A DNA stretch of 64,000 bases from Nitrosopumilaceae archaeon (GTDB taxonomy: Archaea; Thermoproteota; Nitrososphaeria; Nitrososphaerales; Nitrosopumilaceae), in the NCBI GenBank assembly GCA_965208905.1, contig OZ242365.1:928001-992000 (forward strand), in the 5' to 3' direction. Position numbers and translations under genes: made by a program. The notes beneath the pieces were generated by a model. The model worked only from the letters and a program-made list of their open reading frames with translations. It did no database searches and was not told the origin of the DNA. Positions 1 through 10,586 of the stretch are shown here, piece by piece; position 1 is the first letter of the stretch, and the number at the start of each line of letters is the position of its first letter.

Positions 1-316
1 AAAGCACGCTATACCCGGAGGATTTCTTGTCGTCCCAATGATAAAATTTAATCTGTTTGATGCAGACCTAAGTATAGATGTACATACGCTGAAATCCAGA
101 CTTGAGGAGGTCAACAGATCATTTGCGCGATGGCATAACTACATTCTATCTAAAAACCCACCATTTCATGTAATCCGAATTTCACATACTGATCAGGATA
201 TGCTCACCATGACACTCCCCATACGATTTCGTAAACCTATACGTTTGGACAAGAAAGACTTGGCCGCTGAACTATCCTTTACGATGGATACCTTTCAGCG
301 TCTGGGGTTTTTGTAA
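1..316 (+). CDS. hypothetical protein, 5'-partial (frame is open back to window start)
   Basis: ORF track 38..316; no stop upstream in this frame; overlaps the 3' end of the convergent gene. Confidence 0.55.
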   Translation, partial: KHAIPGGFLVVPMIKFNLFDADLSIDVHTLKSRLEEVNRSFARWHNYILSKNPPFHVIRISHTDQDMLTMTLPIRFRKPIRLDKKDLAAELSFTMDTFQRLGFL

Positions 317-1058
317 TAATCGACATGGATGGATGTCTATTTAGCATAATGTATGCTATCAGTGATATCACTAGTATTAGCGATGTACTTAGGGGAAACT
401 CGGGCACTGCTGCATATTCTTCTGACTCTGCTACTAATGTATAGTGCGCTATCTCTAATGTTTGGTCTTTCTCTGGTACTGATACTACAAAGACTCCTTG
501 ATGTTCTGCTCGTAAATGGTCTAGTTCTGATGGTGCGCGGGCAACTGTTGCTACATTACCATCTCTGTCATATATTGTGGCAACCACGGATATCATATTT
601 GCGGTAATATCGCCTCTATTGACTATGGTACCAGTTATGAAGAGATCTCCCTGACTACTTCTCTTTAACTCTGCTGATGTAACATCAATAACTTGACTCT
701 TTGGAGCATGTATGGAGTACTTTGCAGATAGGGAATAATCGACCATGTCGCTCATGCCCGGCTTATACACCACAATATCAAAAGGTCCTTTCATACCTGG
801 CATTATTGTGTTTATTAGCGACCACCCTTCAGTAGTCAATAACTCTTTACCGTCCATGTCGTATATGGTGGCTTCCACACTGACACGGCCTAGTGGGACC
901 TCAAGATCATTAAACACCTCGCCTACTATGTGCAGAGAACCATCATGACCAACATAGGCACGATCGTTCTGTATGGTAACATCTGCCCATGCTTGGGGCA
1001 CCATTAATGTTATGGCGGCGAATACTGCAAATATTCCAAGAACGATATACACCTTCAC
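279..1058 (-). CDS. secreted surface protein with two FxLYD-like beta domains and PEF-CTERM sorting signal
   Basis: N-terminal signal peptide; repeated G(E/T)xxN...ATIYD.DG unit; C-terminal VPEFP + hydrophobic stretch + basic residues. Confidence 0.75.
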   Translation of the reverse strand: MKVYIVLGIFAVFAAITLMVPQAWADVTIQNDRAYVGHDGSLHIVGEVFNDLEVPLGRVSVEATIYDMDGKELLTTEGWSLINTIMPGMKGPFDIVVYKPGMSDMVDYSLSAKYSIHAPKSQVIDVTSAELKRSSQGDLFITGTIVNRGDITANMISVVATIYDRDGNVATVARAPSELDHLRAEHQGVFVVSVPEKDQTLEIAHYTLVAESEEYAAVPEFPLSTSLILVISLIAYIMLNRHPSMSIITKTPDAERYPS

Positions 1059-1261
1059 ATAGTAATGATGTTCACAACCTTAAAGGATGTTGCTATATAC
1101 CTAGAGTAAACCATAAACATCTATCAATCAACAAAATTTGAACAAAAACACGCGATACTACACACAGCTAGTAATATGAATAACTCAGTTTGATAAGATG
1201 TCTTTGGTCTGTCTGTACGGTTGAGAGTAGAGAACGCCACTATGATTTGGAATGTAAATGA

Positions 1262-3046
1262 TTACGGGTAAAACCCAGCTACAAAGACGTAGCCGGAACT
1301 GGACTTGGCCCAACTGATCTTTCTTTCCGCCTCATCTGTCTCAGTAGCTGGATTGGGCCACCAGTACTCCAGCCATTGACCGTATGGTGATGGACGTTCC
1401 AATAAGAGATCTCCCATGTTAGTACCTTGTACATCAACAAGATCATAGTTACTCACACCCACCAGATCTGGTGCGACGCCATGAGCAACCATGGTTCCAT
1501 TTGTGTGAACTACAACGACATATAATTCTCCATCGTGATACAGTGGGTTTGTCGTATCTGCTATGGCCTTGCTGGCAGAAACAGGATCCTTGGAGTACGC
1601 GGCAATGGCCTTCTCTACCATGGCCTTTGCAATCCGCCGCTTCTCAGACTCATCTGTATCAATCATACACGTTCCTTCCATCTTTGGGTACGTGCCCACC
1701 GTGAAGGTATATCCACCACGATCCACAATGATGGCCGTCTTTAACTCTCCCTCGTCTGTTATAGTAGTCGGATTGGGCCACCAGTACTCCGCCCACTTGT
1801 CATACGGTGAACGGTTATCAATTAACAGATCGCCAAGATTAGTGCCACGGGTATCGATGAGCGCAAAGGAATCTGCACCCACCAAATCTGGTCTGATACC
1901 ATGCGCAACTATAACTGCGTCACTGTCCAACACAGTTACGTATAGTTCTTCATCATGATACAAGTTGTTATCAGGGTCTTGTATGGCGCTTGTGGCTGAG
2001 GTTGGATCTGCCTCAAATGCCTCGGCAGCGTTGGTAGCCATCTGCCAAGCTACCTCTTGACGCTCCTTATCTTCCATAGACAGCGCTACTCTCTGAACAA
2101 GACCAGCATCTGGATGTGTGCCCACACCAAAGATGTGGCCTGCATGGCTCTTTACCCAGGCAACCTTTCTTTCCTCCTCATCGGTCTCAGTGGCCGGATT
2201 GAGAAACCAATATTCATACCACTTTCCATATGATGATCTATTATCCAATATGAGTTCGCCAAGATTGGTACCCTGCGTATCTGTCAAGGAGTAACTATCT
2301 ACACCCACAAGTTCGGGCGTGACTCCATGCGCCACTATCTTTCCAGCATGACTATTTACAAAGACGTACAGTTCCCCATCATGATATAGCGAGTTTGTGG
2401 GATCTTGAATGGCCGCTATGGCCGAGTCCTTGTCGGCGACAAATGCATCTATGGCATTATCCACCATCTGATAGATTATCCTCTTGGTCTGTCCATCTAC
2501 ATCATCTAGTTTGACCATACTGGTAGTACCCGGATACATGCCAACCGCAAATTGATAGTTCCCATATGTCTTTGTCCATGTTATCTTTATCTCTGGATCA
2601 TTGGTCTCAGTAGCCGGATTGGGCCACCAATACTCCGCCCACTTGCCATATGGTGAACGGCTCTCATTCAAGATATCGCCAATATTGGTGCCCCGAATGT
2701 CAATGAGTGAATAGGTGCTAACCCCCACAAGATCCGGAGTGATGCCGTGCGCCACTATGGTGCCGTTTATATCCAACATAAAGACATACAATTCACCATC
2801 ATGGTATAGGGGATTTGCCGTATCCTGTATCTGTGCCATGGCAGTTGTCGGGTCGAGTGCAAACGCCTCTATGGCCCTGTCTAGCATCTGCTGTGCTAAG
2901 ATTTGGCGCGTTTGATCATAATCGCTAAGTCCAGAATCATTAGTCATAGAGTCACTCTGACATATGGGGTAGTCATCTATCTGCGCCTCTGCCAAGGTGA
3001 TGGCCAGTGTTATGGATACTGCCGCCACCAAAAATACACTCTTCAT
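1262..3046 (-). CDS. secreted protein made of four tandem single-Cache (sCache_2-like) domains
   Basis: Signal peptide, then 4 repeats of LYHDGELYV..IVAHG..P.LVG....L.D..GTN.G...W.EYW..NP.T....K. Confidence 0.85.
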   Translation of the reverse strand: MKSVFLVAAVSITLAITLAEAQIDDYPICQSDSMTNDSGLSDYDQTRQILAQQMLDRAIEAFALDPTTAMAQIQDTANPLYHDGELYVFMLDINGTIVAHGITPDLVGVSTYSLIDIRGTNIGDILNESRSPYGKWAEYWWPNPATETNDPEIKITWTKTYGNYQFAVGMYPGTTSMVKLDDVDGQTKRIIYQMVDNAIDAFVADKDSAIAAIQDPTNSLYHDGELYVFVNSHAGKIVAHGVTPELVGVDSYSLTDTQGTNLGELILDNRSSYGKWYEYWFLNPATETDEEERKVAWVKSHAGHIFGVGTHPDAGLVQRVALSMEDKERQEVAWQMATNAAEAFEADPTSATSAIQDPDNNLYHDEELYVTVLDSDAVIVAHGIRPDLVGADSFALIDTRGTNLGDLLIDNRSPYDKWAEYWWPNPTTITDEGELKTAIIVDRGGYTFTVGTYPKMEGTCMIDTDESEKRRIAKAMVEKAIAAYSKDPVSASKAIADTTNPLYHDGELYVVVVHTNGTMVAHGVAPDLVGVSNYDLVDVQGTNMGDLLLERPSPYGQWLEYWWPNPATETDEAERKISWAKSSSGYVFVAGFYP

Positions 3047-3491
3047 AATATCTAATGAGAGTCCACTAATATATGATTTTTTAGCGGTTTTGGTGTGGGA
3101 TTGTATGCATCACGACGTGCTTACTTATCAATATAGTCTCCTATTAATTGAAGAAGAGTCCCAAAAGATACTGGCATTCTAGGCGATGTTGGCCAGACTC
3201 CAAAATGAATCTCTAGAACGATTGAGTATGTCACAGGAAGCTGGAACTATATAGATTAAATCCGTGCTGAATCGTGATATGACTCAGCTCAGAGGAAAAC
3301 TAGGAATAAAAGTCGAGTCGTACGGCATTACATGTAACAATATGCACCAAAAAAGTACCTGTCCGAATCCTTGTGTGTTGATGAATATGACTCGCTTGAG
3401 CTCCTTGCATACGTGGGAAGGTAGTGTATACAAACACATTTTTTTAAAAACTGCCAAAACATTATTTATGCCTGCAATACTAATTCTGTAA

Positions 3492-4106
3492 ATGTCAAGT
3501 GTAGATAAAGCTGCGATTGGATGGTCGATTGGAATTGCTGCAGTTGCAGTGGCAATTGCATTTGCAGGGACGTCAAACCAACTTCCATCAATTGATGCGC
3601 CTATTGCTATGCCAACCACCTCCTCAGCACCCAGCACAAGTACTGCTACCAATGATCCCTTTGCGGATGATGCAGCACAGGTAAGAGAACAGTCTGATAC
3701 CATGCCTGAAGAGGCAGCCGATGCTGCTGTACCTGAAGAGGCAGCCGATGATACCATGCCTGAAGAGATAGAATCTGAAATCATTGAAGAGGTCCCTGTA
3801 GGCCCTCTCGCATGGGATGTAATAACTCCTGAAGGAACATCTGTTCCGGGCTGCGAACTAGATGATACATGCTTTCAACCCTCATACCTTACTATTCTGG
3901 TGGGTGATACAGTAAACTGGGTGAATAATGATGTTGCTGCCCACACTGTAACTTCTGGGTCTCCTCAAGATGGGCCTAGTGGCGTCTTTGATAGTAGTCT
4001 TGTTATGGGAGGTACAGTCTTTTCACATACATTTGAAGAGCCTGGCACATATCCATACTTCTGTCTCGTACATCCTTGGATGATTGGCAGTGTAATAGTC
4101 GAGTAA
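3492..4106 (+). CDS. membrane-anchored blue (type 1) copper protein, plastocyanin/azurin family
   Basis: N-terminal TM helix, acidic PEEAAD repeat linker, AHTVTSG and YFCLVHPWM copper ligands. Confidence 0.92.
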   Translation: MSSVDKAAIGWSIGIAAVAVAIAFAGTSNQLPSIDAPIAMPTTSSAPSTSTATNDPFADDAAQVREQSDTMPEEAADAAVPEEAADDTMPEEIESEIIEEVPVGPLAWDVITPEGTSVPGCELDDTCFQPSYLTILVGDTVNWVNNDVAAHTVTSGSPQDGPSGVFDSSLVMGGTVFSHTFEEPGTYPYFCLVHPWMIGSVIVE

Positions 4107-4137
4107 AAACTCTTTTTCTTATTTTTACATGTATATT

Positions 4138-5712
4138 CTATAGTTTAGAGCGTCGTATTGCATTATTATACGCAACACCAAACCTGTGAGCCTCATCTCT
4201 GGCATATTGCAGTATGTGTAGAGAGACGCTGTTTGATGGCATAATGATGGGCTCTGATGTACCTGGTACGTATACCTCCTCATTCTCTTTGGCCAATGAT
4301 GCACAAGGCAGTCTCACTTCTGCCTTCTGTAAGGCTGCAACTGCACTACTCAGTTGACCCTTGCCACCATCTATCAGTACCAAGTCTGGCATTATGCCGC
4401 CCTCCTTCTTTAACCGTTTATACCGTCGGAGTACCACCTCATGTATCATTGAGTAGTCGTCTTGGCCCAAGACGGTCTTTATGCGAAATCGTCTATACCT
4501 GGATTTTTCAGGTTTACCGTCCACCAAACATGACATGGCGCCCACAGCAAACTCGGTACCATGATTCGATATGTCAAAACACTCTATAATATTAGGCGAA
4601 CTTGTAAGTTTGAGGGCTTGTTGCAGCTCTGCATGTAGGTTCGTAGAAAGGCCAGAATCTATATTCTTCAAGAGCAGTTTTATCATGCTGTGCCGCATGG
4701 GAGTATCCGGAGTTATAATGTCTATGGAGTGGCCTGCCTGCTGAGATAACAACTGGACTAGTACGTCACGCTCTGGAGGCATCTCACTCAATATTATAAA
4801 ATCTGGAATGGGATGAGTGCTATAATATTGAAAGATAAAGTTTCCCAGATTGTTATCTCCTATGGTCTCAAAGGTGAACTTGTCACTGTCCCTAATTACG
4901 CCCGCCACGAGTTTAAAATTCATTATTGTGGCGGTCATGTCGTGTATGCGAACTCCAAAGAACTCTTCATCGTCTTTGGATATGGTGGACATCTTTTGTT
5001 CGTACTGCAGACTCCCCAACCGCTGTAACGTGTCCCGAATCTCCCGAGCCCGCTCAAACTGCCGCATATCTGCGGCTTCTGTCATCTCGACCCGTAATTT
5101 GTCTGTAAATGCTTCAGACTGGTTCGGATGTTTTAGCACACCCTTCAAATCTTCAACATGCGTTTTGTATCTCTCTTGCGCATCAACAAACTCACAGGGC
5201 CCCTCACAATTTCCCAGATGATACTCTAGACATACCTTCTTTGGCAGCTTCTTGCAGGTGCGTATCTTGAAGGATTTTCGCAAGGTTCCTATGGTGAGCA
5301 GTTTTGAGCTTCCATATACAAATGGCCCATACACATCTCCTCTTCCTAAAAAATGACCTGTGCGACTTCGCCGCGCCACCACCAGACGTGGATACTGCTC
5401 ATCGGTCACCTTCAGATAGGTATATCTCTCCTGATCCTTCAACTCAATGTTAAATTTTGGCCGGTGTCGCTTTATCATACCTGACTCTAACAGATAAGCC
5501 TCACTCTCCGTATCTGTCAGTATGTACTCTATTGCATGTATGCTCTCCACTAGTCTGGCAGTCTTGTAGTCTTGTGTGCGATTAAAGTATGAGCGAACCC
5601 GTCGTTTTAGATCTTTTGCTTTTCCGATGTAGATTATCGTATCGTCCTCATCCTTCATTATGTATATGCCAGGATGCTGGGGTATGTTTTTAGTGTCTAT
5701 AACTTCATACAA
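4138..5712 (-). CDS. uvrC: excinuclease ABC subunit C
   Basis: GIY-YIG (PGIY..YIGKA), ECFDISN, LIDGGKGQ, RDEAHRF motifs; operon with uvrA/uvrB. Confidence 0.96.
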   Translation of the reverse strand: MYEVIDTKNIPQHPGIYIMKDEDDTIIYIGKAKDLKRRVRSYFNRTQDYKTARLVESIHAIEYILTDTESEAYLLESGMIKRHRPKFNIELKDQERYTYLKVTDEQYPRLVVARRSRTGHFLGRGDVYGPFVYGSSKLLTIGTLRKSFKIRTCKKLPKKVCLEYHLGNCEGPCEFVDAQERYKTHVEDLKGVLKHPNQSEAFTDKLRVEMTEAADMRQFERAREIRDTLQRLGSLQYEQKMSTISKDDEEFFGVRIHDMTATIMNFKLVAGVIRDSDKFTFETIGDNNLGNFIFQYYSTHPIPDFIILSEMPPERDVLVQLLSQQAGHSIDIITPDTPMRHSMIKLLLKNIDSGLSTNLHAELQQALKLTSSPNIIECFDISNHGTEFAVGAMSCLVDGKPEKSRYRRFRIKTVLGQDDYSMIHEVVLRRYKRLKKEGGIMPDLVLIDGGKGQLSSAVAALQKAEVRLPCASLAKENEEVYVPGTSEPIIMPSNSVSLHILQYARDEAHRFGVAYNNAIRRSKL

Positions 5713-8500
5713 CTTTTAACATCTTTTTAAGATATTTGCCTGTATGTGTGGATGTTTGGGATACGTGCTGAGGGGTGCCTTGAGCAACTATTGTGCCGCC
5801 CTCATCTCCACCCTCGGGGCCCATGTCTATGATCCAATCTGCATTTGCAATGACATCCATGTTGTGCTCTATTATGATGACACTATTTCCTCTGTTTACT
5901 AACTCGTTGAGTACATCTAATAGTTTATCGACATCTGCAAAATGTAGACCTGTTGTGGGCTCATCTAACAGGTATATTGTTTTACCCGTCTCCCTCTTGG
6001 ATAACTCACTGGCCAACTTTACGCGCTGCGCCTCACCTCCAGAGAGCGTCTTTGAGGACTGGCCCAGCTTTAGGTATCCCAAGCCTACCTGCTGCAAGGT
6101 ATGAAGCTTGGTGTACACTGCCCTATGATTCTTGAAGAAGTCTACTGCTTCATCTACAGTCATGTCCAGTATGTCGTATATGTTCTTGCCCCGGTATCGT
6201 ACTTGCAGTATCTGTGAGTCAAAGCGTTTGCCACGACACTTATCACACCTGACATATACATCTGCTAGAAACTGCATCTGTATGTGACGCAGACCACTTC
6301 CCTCACATTCGGCACATCTTCCTTTCTGTACGTTGAACGAAAAGTGTCCTGGTGTATAGCCCCGACTTCTGGCTAACTGCGTCTTTACAAATATGTCCCG
6401 AATGGGCTTGAAGGCATCTATATATGTGGCTGGGTTGGAACGTGGCGTTCTGCCTATGGGTGATTGGTCTATTGATATGACACTGTCTATGTCTTCAGTA
6501 CCCTGGATCTTGCCATGCAAGCCAGATTTATTACTCCCTCCAACCAGTTGACGCTTTAACTCATTGTATAGTATTGTATTAACCAAAGTAGATTTGCCCG
6601 AACCTGATACGCCAGTTACACACACCAACATGCCCAAGGGAAACTTGACATCTATATTCTTGAGGTTGTTCTGGCAGGCGCCCTGTACGACCAATTCGCT
6701 GTGACGTTTACGCACCTTTTTGTCTATTTTTATGCGCGTATCTCCGCGTATATATCTGCCTGTGATGGAGTTTGCATCATTTAGCATATCTTTTACGGTC
6801 CCCTCAAAGATGACCTCGCCGCCATGCACTCCTGCTTTGGGACCCAAATCTACCAACCAGTCTGAACTACGTATGACCTCCTCGTCATGCTCGACAACGA
6901 TTACTGTATTTCCCAGATCGCGTAACTTTTTGAGTGTCTCTATCAGTCTACTGTTGTCTCGTTGATGCAGTCCTATTGTGGGTTCATCTAATATGTATAG
7001 GACTCCTGTCAGTCTGGATCCTATCTGAGTTGCCAGCCGTATGCGTTGTGACTCTCCTCCAGATAATGTGGTACTGCGGCGACTCAGTGTCAGATATGAT
7101 AAACCTACAGTATCTAAAAATTCCAGCCGACTCTTTATCTCTTTTAGTATGTCTTTTGCTATGTATGCCTGAGTGGGGTTCAGTGTAATACTATCAAAGA
7201 ACCTTTGGCATTCCTGTATAGACATATCGCAGACATCAACTATATTCTTTCCAGATATGTGCACGGATAGTGGCTCTGGACGTAGTCTTGCCCCATTGCA
7301 TGCAGGACATGCCGCTTCACGAATGTAGTTGCTCTTAAAACTTGTTTTGATATGACTGTTACTGTACATTATTATGTGACGCATGATCCCGATGACCCCT
7401 TCTGTGGCATAATCTCTCCTGAATACATCAAATGTCGACCGTGTCTGATCTTTTTTACCGTATAGCAGATGCTTCAATTGAGTCTTGGTCAAGTCCTTCA
7501 GTGGCGTGTCCACATCAAGCCCATGTCTATGACACAGCAGGTTAAGCTGGTCCCATATGGGGGGAGGTGTCTCCTCAGTAAACGGATGCAGTCCGCCCTC
7601 TCGAATACTCTTTGTTTTGTCTGGGATTATCAGGTCAGGATCAAAGTCGGTTACAAGACCGGATCCGGTACAGTTGTTGCACATACCCATGGGCGAGTTG
7701 AACGAGAATACCCGCGGTTCCAGCTCACCCATGGTTATGCCACAGTATGGGCAGGAATTATGCTGTGAATATAGTCCGGTCTTCTTATCTGACTGTACCA
7801 TTATGTTGCCATCTGATGCATCCACTGTGGTCTGCACACTCTCAAACAGTCTGGAACGCTCTGCCTTTACAGCTGCAAGTCTGTCTACAACTATCTGTAT
7901 GTCATGCCACTGCTGCCGGTTTAGGGGCGGTATATCATCATCCAAATTATATATTGTACCGTCTATGCGAATTCTAGAGTATCCATCTGATATGGCACTT
8001 GCTATGATGTTGGTGTGAGTGCCTTTTTTGTGTTGTACACGGGGGGCTAAAACAAGTATGTCCGAACCTGCAAACTCCTTTAGTATGGAGTCGCAGATGG
8101 TCTCCACTGACTGACTGGATATCTCGCGTTTGCATCTGTGACATAGCGGTGTGCCTACCCTTGAGTATAGCAGTCTAAGATAGTCGTATATCTCGGTTAC
8201 GGTCCCCACAGTGGAGCGCTTGTTGCTGCTGGTCGTCTTTTGTTGTATGGCTATAGCCGGCGCCAATCCCTCCATGGTATCAACATCTGGCTTGTCCATT
8301 ATGTCTAAAAACTGTCTTGCATATGCGGTGAGCGAGTTGACGTATCGGCGTTGACCTTCGGCATATATTATATCAAAGGCTAGTGTTGACTTGCCAGAAC
8401 CTGACATACCGCTTATCACCAAAAGACGGTTCTTTGGGAGCTCGACATTTATATTTTTGAGGTTGTGATGCCTAGCGCCCCGCACTATAAGTTTAGCCAC
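5705..8500 (-). CDS. uvrA: excinuclease ABC subunit A
   Basis: Two ABC ATPase domains (GMSGSGKS, GVSGSGKS, LSGGE, LDEPT), zinc fingers. Confidence 0.98.
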   Translation of the reverse strand: MAKLIVRGARHHNLKNINVELPKNRLLVISGMSGSGKSTLAFDIIYAEGQRRYVNSLTAYARQFLDIMDKPDVDTMEGLAPAIAIQQKTTSSNKRSTVGTVTEIYDYLRLLYSRVGTPLCHRCKREISSQSVETICDSILKEFAGSDILVLAPRVQHKKGTHTNIIASAISDGYSRIRIDGTIYNLDDDIPPLNRQQWHDIQIVVDRLAAVKAERSRLFESVQTTVDASDGNIMVQSDKKTGLYSQHNSCPYCGITMGELEPRVFSFNSPMGMCNNCTGSGLVTDFDPDLIIPDKTKSIREGGLHPFTEETPPPIWDQLNLLCHRHGLDVDTPLKDLTKTQLKHLLYGKKDQTRSTFDVFRRDYATEGVIGIMRHIIMYSNSHIKTSFKSNYIREAACPACNGARLRPEPLSVHISGKNIVDVCDMSIQECQRFFDSITLNPTQAYIAKDILKEIKSRLEFLDTVGLSYLTLSRRSTTLSGGESQRIRLATQIGSRLTGVLYILDEPTIGLHQRDNSRLIETLKKLRDLGNTVIVVEHDEEVIRSSDWLVDLGPKAGVHGGEVIFEGTVKDMLNDANSITGRYIRGDTRIKIDKKVRKRHSELVVQGACQNNLKNIDVKFPLGMLVCVTGVSGSGKSTLVNTILYNELKRQLVGGSNKSGLHGKIQGTEDIDSVISIDQSPIGRTPRSNPATYIDAFKPIRDIFVKTQLARSRGYTPGHFSFNVQKGRCAECEGSGLRHIQMQFLADVYVRCDKCRGKRFDSQILQVRYRGKNIYDILDMTVDEAVDFFKNHRAVYTKLHTLQQVGLGYLKLGQSSKTLSGGEAQRVKLASELSKRETGKTIYLLDEPTTGLHFADVDKLLDVLNELVNRGNSVIIIEHNMDVIANADWIIDMGPEGGDEGGTIVAQGTPQHVSQTSTHTGKYLKKMLKVV

Positions 8501-10430
8501 GCCTCTTTAACTCCTGCTCCAACTCTGCTATGTGGTCTCTACACTCTGCTGCTCTCTCAAAGTTCAGACTGTCTGCACATATCTTCATTTCAGTCTCCAG
8601 CTCAATTATTCTCTTGCGTATGTCAGAGTTGGACTTTGATACGTCCACCTCTTCATGCTTGGTGGTCGCTTCCGGAATTGGCTTTGATATTGTGCGGGGT
8701 GTTATGTTGTGTTTCTTGTTGTACTGTAGTTGGCGTTCCCTCCGTCTCTGAGTCTCTTCCATGGCTTGGCGCATTGAATCGGTAACTGTATCCGCATACA
8801 TTATTACGGCACCATTGGAATTTCGGGATGCCCTTCCAAATGTCTGTATCAGACTGGTGTAGTTGCGCAGAAAACCTTCCTTGTCCGCATCTAGTATGGC
8901 AACTAAAGACACTTCGGGTATGTCTAACCCTTCCCGTAACAGGTTTATCCCCACTAGAACATCAAATTCACCAAGTCGCAACTGGCGTATTATCTCGGTT
9001 CTCTGCAGTCCTTCTATCTCAGAGTGCATGTATCGCACTTGCACACCCTTCTTTGATAGGTACTCTGCCAAGTCTTCGGCCATGCGCTTTGTAAGCGTGG
9101 TTATGAGCGTGCGCTCGGAGCGACTTACACGTACATTTATCTCCTGTATTATATCATCCATCTGGCCTTCTGTTGGTCTGACCTCTACGGGAGGATCGAC
9201 TAAACCAGTGGGTCTTACAAGTTGCTCCACCACACAGCTGGATACGTTGCGGGCGTACGAGCCTGGAGTTGCCGACACCAGCAATGTATTCTTCATGTAT
9301 GACTCAAACTCTTCAAACTTTAGTGGCCTATTGTCATAAGCACTGGGCAGTCTGAAACCATAATCTATCAACTGTTGTTTACGAGAGCGATCTCCTTTAT
9401 ACATGGCGTGCAATTGTGGTAGTGTTACGTGGCACTCGTCTATGACCAGTAGAAAGTCATCACCAAAAAAATCCAGTAGACAGAATGCTTTCTCTCCTGG
9501 TATTCGTCCATCAAAGTGTCTAGAGTAGTTCTCTATACCAGAGCAGTATCCTATCTCCTCTATCATCTCCATGTCGTACTGTGTCCGGTTCTTTAATCGC
9601 TGCCTCTCTAATTCTGGGAGTTGTTCCAACCTGTCTTCCAGCTCTTCTCTTATGGTCTTTAGGGCCTCTTCGCGCCTATCCTTGGCAGTTAGGTAGTGTT
9701 TGGCCGGATATATTGTAATCTGAGGCAACTGTGACACTTCTTTTATGGTGATGGGATTTCGTACAGATATCTTCTCTACTACATCACCAAATAATGATAT
9801 TCTTATCATGTCACTGGTGTATGCTGGACTGATATCAATCGTGTCTCCCTTTACGCGAAAGTTACCTGGCGCCACTTCAGTATCGTTCCTCTCGTAACGT
9901 GCATCCATGAGTTTGCGCACAAGCGCATCTCTTGATAGTTTCATGTTGACGTTTATGGTTATGGCCAGATCCTTCCAGTCTTGTGGATTCCCCAGTGAGT
10001 ATATGCAGGACACTGTCGCCACTATGACCGTGGGAAGTCCCGAGAGTAGCATGGCGGTGGCTTCCAGGCGCATCTTCTCTATCACATCGTTTCTCCGAGT
10101 GTCTTTTTCAATGTACGTATCTGTTTGGGCTATGTAACTCTCAGGCTGGTAGTAGTCATAGAATGATACAAAGTATCCCACATTATTATTTGGGAAAAAA
10201 TGTTTCAGCTCCGAGTATAGCTGCGCCGCCAATGTCTTGTTGTGCGATATGACAAGTGCATTTTTACCACTTCTCTCTATTACATTGGCCACGGTGAATG
10301 TTTTACCACTTCCTGTTACGCCAAGCAGTGTCTGCGTGTCGCCTTTTTTGGCACCCTGTACAAGTTTTGTAATTGCCTGTGGCTGGTCACCTGTGGGCTC
10401 AAACTCTGACTTTAGCTTGAAGCATTCCAT
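8493..10430 (-). CDS. uvrB: excinuclease ABC subunit B
   Basis: GVTGSGKT, YYQPESY, GINLLREGLD, C-terminal UVR motif. Confidence 0.98.
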   Translation of the reverse strand: MECFKLKSEFEPTGDQPQAITKLVQGAKKGDTQTLLGVTGSGKTFTVANVIERSGKNALVISHNKTLAAQLYSELKHFFPNNNVGYFVSFYDYYQPESYIAQTDTYIEKDTRRNDVIEKMRLEATAMLLSGLPTVIVATVSCIYSLGNPQDWKDLAITINVNMKLSRDALVRKLMDARYERNDTEVAPGNFRVKGDTIDISPAYTSDMIRISLFGDVVEKISVRNPITIKEVSQLPQITIYPAKHYLTAKDRREEALKTIREELEDRLEQLPELERQRLKNRTQYDMEMIEEIGYCSGIENYSRHFDGRIPGEKAFCLLDFFGDDFLLVIDECHVTLPQLHAMYKGDRSRKQQLIDYGFRLPSAYDNRPLKFEEFESYMKNTLLVSATPGSYARNVSSCVVEQLVRPTGLVDPPVEVRPTEGQMDDIIQEINVRVSRSERTLITTLTKRMAEDLAEYLSKKGVQVRYMHSEIEGLQRTEIIRQLRLGEFDVLVGINLLREGLDIPEVSLVAILDADKEGFLRNYTSLIQTFGRASRNSNGAVIMYADTVTDSMRQAMEETQRRRERQLQYNKKHNITPRTISKPIPEATTKHEEVDVSKSNSDIRKRIIELETEMKICADSLNFERAAECRDHIAELEQELKRRG

Positions 10431-10586
10431 ATCTCTTGGCGCATTTTTTCCAAAATATATCTATAGTTCTGTGTGGTTAGTGAGAAATACATTGGTGTGA
10501 CTATACAACTGTATGACTACTGTAAGATTATACTGGCGATGTGAATGATGTTTTATTTGTGGTTTTTGGAGCGACATGACCATATA

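Noticed and set aside
3284-3784. Long antisense ORFs (e.g. 3284..3784, 18211..18882, 21942..22601, 48869..49510)
   Set aside because: Shadows of well-supported genes on the opposite strand.
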